Assembly: GCA_011364925.1 (NCBI GenBank)
Contig: RDOA01000055.1
Location: 1-22,941, forward strand
DNA: 22,941 nucleotides
Direction: 5' to 3'
From: Promethearchaeota archaeon
GTDB taxonomy: Archaea; Asgardarchaeota; Lokiarchaeia; Sigyniarchaeales; SOKP01
Below, one piece after another: positions 1-7,146 of this stretch (within the stretch, counting starts at the first letter, position 1; every line of letters begins with the position of its first letter). The position numbers and the translations under genes were made by a program. The notes beneath the pieces are model-generated. The model was not told where the DNA came from. It did not search any database and was given only the letters and a program-made list of their open reading frames with translations.

Positions 1-366
1 ATTTTAGAAGAAACTTCAACGGAAGTATCAGAGATCGAGAATCTCTTTGGAAAGAAAGTAGCAGGAATTGTATCGGAACTTACCAAACCAGAGGAACTTA
101 CCAAAGAGGATTGGTTAGAAAGCTTTACGGATTTTTCAAAAGAAGCAAAAATCGTTAAATTAGCAGATAGAATTGACAATTTATCAAGCATGGAAACATG
201 GAGAATATACTTTTCTGAAGAAAGAATAGCTCGATATAGAGAACAAGCTAAAACAATCCTAAGAACCTGTGGAGACGCTAGTACTGGTTTATATACAAAA
301 CTTTTCAATATGATTTATTATCATATGTCGAGCTATTCATTATTCAAAGATATTTGGTTATGGTGA
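1..366 (+). CDS. HD-domain hydrolase, RelA/SpoT-Mesh1 (HD_4) family, 5'-truncated by the window edge
   Basis: Not in the ORF track. Frame 1 is open from base 1 to TGA 364-366: ILEETSTEVSEIENLFGKKVAGIVSELTK...SKEAKIVKLADRIDNL. This matches the family pattern (HD)xxEDT...FGxxVAxxVxxxT...VKLADRxxN. The stop comes soon after the HD domain, so no synthetase domain follows. Confidence 0.85.
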   Translation: MLEETSTEVSEIENLFGKKVAGIVSELTKPEELTKEDWLESFTDFSKEAKIVKLADRIDNLSSMETWRIYFSEERIARYREQAKTILRTCGDASTGLYTKLFNMIYYHMSSYSLFKDIWLW

Positions 367-371
367 TTATA

Positions 372-614
372 ATGTATGTGAAAATTTGGATAGTTAAAGG
401 TTCTAGTTTTGGCTATTTTTTAATTAAAACTAAAAAATATTACAGGTTTATAATTGCTAGTAAAAAAGATGGCTTTAGGTTATTAGATCAAAAATACATT
501 TTTAAGAGTAAAAAAGTCTACTTGAAATCTCCATACTCAAACAAATGGAGCGAAAATAAGCCATTAACCGAAGAAGAGATAAAATCAATTAATAAACTAA
601 AAGCTAATATATAA
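372..614 (+). CDS. small basic hypothetical protein (~80 aa)
   Basis: ORF 354..614. The in-frame ATG at 372 lies just after the upstream stop and is the likelier start. No recognisable motif. Confidence 0.5.
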   Translation: MYVKIWIVKGSSFGYFLIKTKKYYRFIIASKKDGFRLLDQKYIFKSKKVYLKSPYSNKWSENKPLTEEEIKSINKLKANI

Positions 615-726
615 TATAAGATCTGAATTTAAGCAATAAATTATCCAGCTTTAATTGGAGTTTTTATTTTAATATCTCTAATTAAAGAACACAATTTTTT
701 ATTCTCTCATTAATTTTGCTACATAA

Positions 727-1716
727 TTAGCTGATATCTCTTCTTTTATAGATTATAAATCCAATTATGAAAATTACTAGTGCAAATATTAAAATAATTA
801 GAAGAGAGATGTGTGGAGGCTGATAATTAGTTTTATTAAAGATTTCAAATTCAGGAAAAAGCTCATCATATTCTATAGTATAAATTCCCCAACTTTGGAG
901 CCATCTTATCATTCCTTCTGGAAGTCCTGAAACGAGGGCTTCATATAACCAAGTGTATATATTCATAAAATGATATCCTAAATCGTAATTATACACTTGA
1001 AATACCTCGTAATAAATTTCACCATATGAGGATGGCATCATTAGAAAAGGTCTTACAATAAAGAACAAAAAAATCATGATAAGTAGTAACATAAGGGGAA
1101 TTAATGCTGCAGTTTTTACACTTCTGAATAACATCGAAAATCCCATTGTAATCGTTCCAAAGAATATTATCACAATTAGAGAAAAGAAAAATTGTGTCCA
1201 GAAAAAAGATATCATGTCATGGAAAGGATGCTTTAAAAATGCAATCACACAGACAAATCCAAGGCTAATGAAACTTATCATAATATTATAAATAAACATA
1301 GCAAAATATTTTCCACATGTAATTTCTCCCCTCGAAATCGGTTTAGTTACCAAAAGTACTAGAGTGCCTGATTTTAATTCATCAGATATTAAGGAAGCAG
1401 TAGAATAAATTAAAAGGAACGGCATTACGGTCAAATATGAGAAAAATGTGTGCGCCATACCTAAATTTTCATTGAGAGATGACTGGTCGGTTAAATATGA
1501 TGCATTTAAAGAAAGAATCCAAGTAACTGGTATAATACTCATTAGAACCATTGCAAGAAAGAATTTCCAGCGGTTAAATAGATCAAACATTAATGTCTTT
1601 TTAAACACTGTATAATGAATGTCCAAATGTCTTTTAAGAAAATTGAAAAAAAATGAATATCCAATTCTAGGTTTTTCCTTACCTTTAATATCCTCGACTT
1701 TAGAACTTAACTTCAT
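727..1716 (-). CDS. ABC-2 type exporter permease
   Basis: About 6 TM segments and the motif ISDELKSGTLVLLVTKPISRGEITCGK (E..GT..LL..P.SR....GK). Its start overlaps the ATPase stop (TAATG). Confidence 0.9.
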   Translation of the reverse strand: MKLSSKVEDIKGKEKPRIGYSFFFNFLKRHLDIHYTVFKKTLMFDLFNRWKFFLAMVLMSIIPVTWILSLNASYLTDQSSLNENLGMAHTFFSYLTVMPFLLIYSTASLISDELKSGTLVLLVTKPISRGEITCGKYFAMFIYNIMISFISLGFVCVIAFLKHPFHDMISFFWTQFFFSLIVIIFFGTITMGFSMLFRSVKTAALIPLMLLLIMIFLFFIVRPFLMMPSSYGEIYYEVFQVYNYDLGYHFMNIYTWLYEALVSGLPEGMIRWLQSWGIYTIEYDELFPEFEIFNKTNYQPPHISLLIILIFALVIFIIGFIIYKRRDIS

Positions 1717-2678
1717 TATTCATGCCCTCTATTTTTCATAAGATTAACAAAGATCTCTTGTAGAGAAGTTTCAGGTTGATGAAAACTTTTAATGATAAAT
1801 TTTTCTTGAGTAATTAAATTTGATATGATTTCTTGAAGTTTTTCCGCTTCATTATGCATTATGTGAATTTTGTTATCATTCTCATTTATCCATGCTTTTA
1901 TCACGCCTTCAACTTGATTTAATTTTTGTACCATCAATTGATTTGCGTTTGTGTCTAAAATAAAAAGATCTTTTGATACTGCTTGGGTAGTTTTAATGTT
2001 TTCAATCGTGTCTATTAAAATGATTTTTCCATTATTGATTATTGTGACCTTCTCACACATTTGTTCAATCTCGGATAAAATATGACTCGACACGAAAATA
2101 CTAATATTTTGAGCGAGCTTTTTAATGTATTCAACAATCTTTTTCCTTCCAATAGGATCCAAGTTTGTTGTTGGTTCGTCTAATATTAATAATTTTGGGT
2201 TGTGGATTAAGGTCGAAGCTAATCCAACTTTTTGTTTCATACCGCCAGAAAATTTAGAAATAGTCTTCTTTTTTTCTTTAGATAATTCGAAATATTCTAA
2301 CAATTCTCTTGCTTTTAATTTAGCATCACTACTTTTCAATCCGAATAATTTTGCAGTATACATTAAATACTGGAAAGCGGTCATCTTTCCGTAAAAGACA
2401 GGATCTTGGGGGAGAAATCCAATCATTCTACGCGCTTTTAATGTTCCAGCTTTTACGCCTCTAATATAAGCCTCACCACTTGTTATCGAGATAGCACCCA
2501 TCAACATATTGATTGTAGTGGTCTTTCCTGCACCATTTGGGCCTAAAAAACCATGAATCCCAGGCTCGACCCTTAAATTAATGCTATCTACCGCTCTTGT
2601 CTGTTTTGAACGTTTATCGTAAACCTTTGTTAAATTTGTAGTCCAAATTTCATAATTATTTTTCAAATTATTATTCAC
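1716..2678 (-). CDS. ABC transporter ATP-binding protein (DrrA/CcmA-like)
   Basis: Walker A GPNGAGKTT, signature FSGGMKQK, Walker B LLILDEPT, H-loop SSH. Confidence 0.95.
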   Translation of the reverse strand: MNNNLKNNYEIWTTNLTKVYDKRSKQTRAVDSINLRVEPGIHGFLGPNGAGKTTTINMLMGAISITSGEAYIRGVKAGTLKARRMIGFLPQDPVFYGKMTAFQYLMYTAKLFGLKSSDAKLKARELLEYFELSKEKKKTISKFSGGMKQKVGLASTLIHNPKLLILDEPTTNLDPIGRKKIVEYIKKLAQNISIFVSSHILSEIEQMCEKVTIINNGKIILIDTIENIKTTQAVSKDLFILDTNANQLMVQKLNQVEGVIKAWINENDNKIHIMHNEAEKLQEIISNLITQEKFIIKSFHQPETSLQEIFVNLMKNRGHE

Positions 2679-2701
2679 ATCATGTAGTTTTTCTAATTTT
2701 A

Positions 2702-4735
2702 TTATTGAATATTGGCTTGAAAAATTCTGAAAAGAACATATACGATTTCTATATTTATTGGATAGAAAAAGAAGAAAAATAAAAACTCGATGATACTATA
2801 TTTTAGAAAACCCAATTGTGCGTGAGCATTGTAAAATATAATGAAGTTAAGAGCCAATAACAATACCAAATTTAACAGTAATAGTAAGATTCTAAACTTT
2901 ATAAAATGTCGATGAAGAAATAATAAGATTGATTCATTTCCAGTTAATGCTAACAACATCAAGCCAATTAGAAGCACGACTGCAGGAACCCTAAAATCAG
3001 TACTCAATTCAGCTAGGAGCAAGCTTAATAATATAAAAATGAGTCCGCATAGCGCAAAAAAAATTAGGACCATAACTTTCCATAAAGATTGCTTATTTTT
3101 AGCCATAATTTTAGACCATTCTTTTTCCCGATATCTCATAGTGTATGGTATATAATCTGTCATTGATAATATAACGAAAATACCCGATAATATAATTAAA
3201 AATATGGTTAAAGAAAACCACATCAATGAAATAAATAACGGCAAACCCCCAATATAAAAACTATTAAAACTAATCGTTAAGCTTACGAGAAAAAGTCCTA
3301 TAATAATGATATATGCTATGGTAGCCTTGAACGCACCTTTATACCATGCCCACAGCTCATCAGAGATAAATATCTTAGGAGTCCCTTTTTGCTTTAATTC
3401 TGAGATTATTGTATTAATATCTCCTACTTGTTCAAAAATTTGAGTAATCTTTTCGGGTGTTAGCTGCTTATCATCTTCGTAATCTAAAATCAATTCTCTC
3501 ACTTCACTCTCAACTTCGTTGAGAATCACATCCCTTTCTGTTTTTCTTAACCAGAAAGGTAACTTTTTACGATTTGAATTAATATAAGAAGCTAATTTTT
3601 CCTCAACTTCATTATTTTGGTTTAATTCTCTTATTGAATCCTCCTGATTTCTTAGATCATTTTTAAAATCTTCCGATTTATCATTTTTCAGATGTTTAAC
3701 ATAAGATTGTTTCTTGATTATCCTTTTATTAAGACTTAAAAATATTTGATATCGTCCGTATTTATTCTTAAAAGTAAAAATTTGATAAATTTTGTAATTA
3801 ATAGTTATCAGAACAATTGGAAATCCTAAAACCTGGAAAAAAACCAATAAGAAGATAACTACTTCAAAATCTTGGAAACCATGTTGATGCCTGTAATCCA
3901 AGGAAGTATATAATACCATTAATAAAAAGATCAGAAGAAATTCTATAACAATTAAGATTAAATGTAGAACTTCAAATTGCTCACTAAATTTAATTCTTAT
4001 TACTTTAATCGCAAAAAGAATTAAACAAAGAATAGCATAGAAGTATCCCGTAGGATTAGGAAGTTCACCTGAAGGAGTAGTAACAGCAGATGATAAGTAA
4101 AAGAATATTGCTCCAAATAACCATATGAATGCCCAAATTCCTAAAAACTTTGAATTTACTGGATTTTTAATCGGGTGATCTTGAATATAAACCATATTTG
4201 AGTATTTTTTATAAAATCTGGTTATTCTTGATTCATACGGTATATATCCATAAGTTGATAAGTAAAAAAATACAATTGATATCACTAAACCAAGGGAAAT
4301 GTAAATTATTAGCAAGTATAACCTCATATAAAAACTCAATGACTCAAGATTTATTCCAAAAACCACGAACGACCATGCAAATGGAAAGAGCATCGAAAAA
4401 ATGCAAGAAAATAATATAATTTTTAAATATCTGAGAAAAAAAGGCCATAATTCATTGCTTATAAATACGCGGGGTGTACTCTTAGCAGTGTATTTATTCG
4501 CGAGTTCCTTCGGATCTCCAATTTGGGAAATAGCTATCTGCAAATCAGTCTCATTTGGTTTCTTGTTCTCGGTGTTTTCTATTGCGATCTCCCATATGTG
4601 ATCCTCAATCTCATTTAATATCTCGTTTAATTCTGTCTTATTTAACCTAATCCATAAAGGAAGATTATTCTTAATCTCGCATAAATACTGATTTATCATC
4701 TCAGCTTCTTTTACCAATTTGGATGCCATAGTCAT
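2702..4735 (-). CDS. polytopic membrane protein with two HAAS-like signalling domains (internal duplication)
   Basis: N-terminus INQYLCEIKNNLP...EILNEIEDHI...IGDPKELA matches the HAAS pattern, and a second copy lies mid-protein. Each copy is followed by TM helices. ATGA overlap with the padR stop. Confidence 0.8.
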   Translation of the reverse strand: MTMASKLVKEAEMINQYLCEIKNNLPLWIRLNKTELNEILNEIEDHIWEIAIENTENKKPNETDLQIAISQIGDPKELANKYTAKSTPRVFISNELWPFFLRYLKIILFSCIFSMLFPFAWSFVVFGINLESLSFYMRLYLLIIYISLGLVISIVFFYLSTYGYIPYESRITRFYKKYSNMVYIQDHPIKNPVNSKFLGIWAFIWLFGAIFFYLSSAVTTPSGELPNPTGYFYAILCLILFAIKVIRIKFSEQFEVLHLILIVIEFLLIFLLMVLYTSLDYRHQHGFQDFEVVIFLLVFFQVLGFPIVLITINYKIYQIFTFKNKYGRYQIFLSLNKRIIKKQSYVKHLKNDKSEDFKNDLRNQEDSIRELNQNNEVEEKLASYINSNRKKLPFWLRKTERDVILNEVESEVRELILDYEDDKQLTPEKITQIFEQVGDINTIISELKQKGTPKIFISDELWAWYKGAFKATIAYIIIIGLFLVSLTISFNSFYIGGLPLFISLMWFSLTIFLIILSGIFVILSMTDYIPYTMRYREKEWSKIMAKNKQSLWKVMVLIFFALCGLIFILLSLLLAELSTDFRVPAVVLLIGLMLLALTGNESILLFLHRHFIKFRILLLLLNLVLLLALNFIIFYNAHAQLGFLKYSIIEFLFFFFFYPINIEIVYVLFRIFQANIQ

Positions 4736-5328
4736 TTCTCCTGATCATAAATTTCTTGAAAATCTTCTAATCCTAAACCACAAATGCTACATGATTTCTT
4801 AATCATACTTTTTTGTTCGATTCGATTAGAGCAATTAGGACATATCAAATACTTTTTGCGTTTTAAATTAACTTCAATATCAATTATTCCTGAAATTGAA
4901 TCGACAAGTCTAGAAAAAAATCCCATTAACCGATTATGAACATCAATCCCTTTTTGTGTAATTATATTATAGCTTCGAAGTCTTCCATTATACTCCTTCT
5001 TCTCCGTTTCTACTAAGTCATCCCGTTTTAACTTTCGCAAAATTGGATAAAGAGTGCCCTCTTCTATAATGAGGATATCTTCGGTTTCCCTTTTAATTTC
5101 CTTAACCAATTTGTATCCATAGATGCCTTCCTCTCCCGAATGCATTATAACTGATAAGATTATTAATTTTGAAATCCCTCTTATAACCTCAGATTCAAAA
5201 CCATCCAGATATTCCCGGAACGCTTCCGAATTTATCAAGGCTTTTGGATTGTAACTCTTTACTTGCTTAATCAAAAGTAATTTCAACTCATATTTTTTAA
5301 AATCTTTAACTTTAATACTGTTTATCAC
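4732..5328 (-). CDS. padR: PadR-family transcriptional regulator with C-terminal zinc ribbon
   Basis: YGYKL...EEGTLYPILRKL...GRLRSYNIITQKG, plus C-terminal CPNC...CSIC. GTG start. Confidence 0.9.
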   Translation of the reverse strand: MINSIKVKDFKKYELKLLLIKQVKSYNPKALINSEAFREYLDGFESEVIRGISKLIILSVIMHSGEEGIYGYKLVKEIKRETEDILIIEEGTLYPILRKLKRDDLVETEKKEYNGRLRSYNIITQKGIDVHNRLMGFFSRLVDSISGIIDIEVNLKRKKYLICPNCSNRIEQKSMIKKSCSICGLGLEDFQEIYDQEK

Positions 5329-5331
5329 TCT

Positions 5332-5352
5332 ATACTATGCATTGTATAGTAT
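5332..5352. promoter_or_regulatory. palindromic operator, probable PadR autoregulatory site
   Basis: ATACTAT-GCATTGT-ATAGTAT has perfect 7-bp arms plus an inner CA/TG pair. It lies between the TATA box and the padR start codon. Confidence 0.75.
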
Positions 5353-5358
5353 GATCAA

Positions 5359-5372
5359 TATTTAAATCTTTT
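5359..5372 (-). promoter_or_regulatory. archaeal BRE + TATA promoter of the padR operon
   Basis: The minus strand reads AAAAGA-TTTAAATA about 30 nt upstream of the GTG start, implying a near-leaderless transcript. Confidence 0.6.
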
Positions 5373-5840
5373 GCTAATTATATGAACTAAGTTAAAGTCT
5401 TGTTCTTTCATTCAAAAAATGTAAGAAAAATAATCTGAGAAATTATTATTCATTATTATCCCACGAGCGTTATATGGTTCATTTTTAATAGTTTCTTGAA
5501 CTTATATTAAAAGCAAAAGATATGCCAATAAAAAGAAAAAAAAAGGAATAAATAATTTCTTTAATGCCTCTTCGCATTAGTTAATGACTAATCCATTTTG
5601 TCTTACAACCTCTTGAGATTCAATTAACGAATATCTCGAATCAAAAATAAGAAAGTTAAATAATAACTTTTTTTAATTAAATCGATCATCTACTTTTCCT
5701 TTTTTGATCGTTATTTTTAAAAGATTGAAAAAAAAAATCTTATTTTTTAATTCTGAAATTGTGGTTTTAATCATATTTCTTTCTGTTTTGATTTAATTTC
5801 TATCTTTTTGGTATTTATAATGAAAATTTCCAGAAGAATG

Positions 5841-5987
5841 GGCATTATTATTATTACTTAATATAAATGATCCTTAATATTAACTCTCAAACTTTTAGAT
5901 ATAACTGCTTAAATGAACCAGACTCAAATGAAAGTAGAGGTAAAAAATATCTCTTTTAATTACGGCATTATTATTATTACATAATAT
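5841..5987. repeat. two-copy 24-bp direct repeat GGCATTATTATTATTAC(T/A)TAATAT
   Basis: Copies at 5841-5864 and 5964-5987, with one mismatch and 123-bp spacing. Confidence 0.8.
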
Positions 5988-6273
5988 TATTTAAATATGA
6001 TGCACAAAAAGATACTAATTGGTGCTTGAAATTAGGATCCTTAGATGGAATGAAAGAAAGCGAATAAGTCTCACTAAAATCTCTATTGAATTTAAAGGGT
6101 TACGTTTTTGTTAAAATAAAATTTTTGGTGTTATTTTTGTCGCTATACGGTTTTTAACGGTTAAAAATTTTTTAACGCAAATCAATAAGTATATAAACCA
6201 GAAGAGTTCATTATATATCTTTTTTACTAATTTACTAATTTTTCTAAAAAAGTTTCAGTTAAAACTGTAAATC

Positions 6274-6288
6274 GAAAAATTTATAAAT
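6274..6288 (+). promoter_or_regulatory. probable BRE + TATA promoter for the 83-aa winged-helix gene
   Basis: CGAAAAA-TTTATAAA about 95 nt upstream of ATG 6379. SD-like GGATGTGA at 6364-6371. Confidence 0.45.
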
Positions 6289-6378
6289 TGAAAAACCATA
6301 TTATGATTAAAAATCGTTCAATGGGATCATTATCCCACATAATAAAAAAAATAAAATAAATTTGGATGTGAATTACAG

Positions 6379-6630
6379 ATGTTAGAAAAGTTACAAAAAA
6401 GCCCTGAAGCTGCAATTTTTGCAGTAAATGAAGTTTTTAAAACCTACGAGCTAATGTGTTTGGATAAATTGAAGGAATTAGGAAGATCAACAGCTCGAGA
6501 TTGGTCTTTCGCAATGGGTTACACACATCGTAGTTCACTTGCGAAAATAATCAAGAGAATCAAGGAAAGATACCCTGAAAAGCTTAAAATCTATGATAAC
6601 AGATATCCTCGACTCTACGAAGCATTATAA
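6379..6630 (+). CDS. small winged helix-turn-helix DNA-binding protein
   Basis: LDKLKELGRSTARDWSFAMGYTHRSSLAKIIKRI followed by the beta-wing LKIYDNRYPRLYEAL. Basic protein with an SD-like site. Confidence 0.7.
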   Translation: MLEKLQKSPEAAIFAVNEVFKTYELMCLDKLKELGRSTARDWSFAMGYTHRSSLAKIIKRIKERYPEKLKIYDNRYPRLYEAL

Positions 6631-6742
6631 CGAGTGAAATTACAATACATACTCAGATTCTTTACTATTCGTTCATTCTCCCTTCAATTCTACACATTAT
6701 CAATATTTTTTTAAAAGATATATCAATACGAGTGGTTAAAAA

Positions 6743-6988
6743 ATGATAATAAAATGTCCGGAATGCGGGTTAGAATATTCCTATGGCAGAAACATTTGTC
6801 ACAAGTGTGAAAGTAATACGATATTATTTGGTGCCATTTTTGAAGGACCGAGACAAACTTATCAATGGAATTGCGAAAGCTATTTTAACAATGAAGCTCT
6901 CTCATTTAAGAACATAGATTCTCATAAGGAATTCTTAAGAATTACATCCGAAGAAAAAGATGTTAAAATAGAAGAAATTTTAAATTAA
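6743..6988 (+). CDS. small zinc-ribbon protein
   Basis: CPEC-x10-CHKC at the N-terminus and an acidic C-terminus. Confidence 0.7.
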   Translation: MIIKCPECGLEYSYGRNICHKCESNTILFGAIFEGPRQTYQWNCESYFNNEALSFKNIDSHKEFLRITSEEKDVKIEEILN

Positions 6989-7016
6989 ATGAAGAAAATG
7001 AACAGAGTAGCCAACA

Positions 7017-7142
7017 GTAGCTTTCTAATCTTTGCCATCGAGATTAGAAGCAAGAAGACACGACTACTACAGGAAGCTCTTGCCATGGGTGCCCCCTATG
7101 TTCAAAACATAGCCATGGCAAGAGCTAACATTCCAATTTTTT
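7017..7142 (+). promoter_or_regulatory. two-hairpin structured element (candidate cis-regulatory RNA or terminator) upstream of hdrBC-gltB
   Basis: A 9-bp stem at 7023-7031/7041-7049, then a 14-bp stem at 7075-7088/7113-7126 enclosing a 7-bp stem at 7096-7102/7106-7112. T6 tract at 7137-7142. Confidence 0.6.
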
Positions 7143-7146
7143 AGAA

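Noticed and set aside
75-105. 13-bp direct repeat GGAACTTACCAAA
   Set aside because: An in-frame micro-duplication (ELTK-PE-ELTK) in a variable loop of the HD protein, with no sign of separate function.
5841-5987. CRISPR array
   Set aside because: Only two low-complexity repeats with a 99-nt spacer, and no cas genes.
5373-6378. replication origin
   Set aside because: AT-rich, but there is only one loose ORB-like word (TTCCAGAAGAA near 5828), no repeated ORBs and no cdc6/orc1 gene nearby.
6649-6707. second C/D-box sRNA on the minus strand (UUGAUAA...UUGA...AUGAACG...CUGA)
   Set aside because: Only box D is canonical. Box C has two mismatches and the terminal stem is weak, which is compatible with chance in AT-rich DNA.
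7075-7126. SECIS element or selenocysteine recoding for the Hdr gene
   Set aside because: The hairpin lacks the AUGA/GA core, and there is no in-frame TGA in hdrBC; all CCG ligand positions are ordinary Cys codons.
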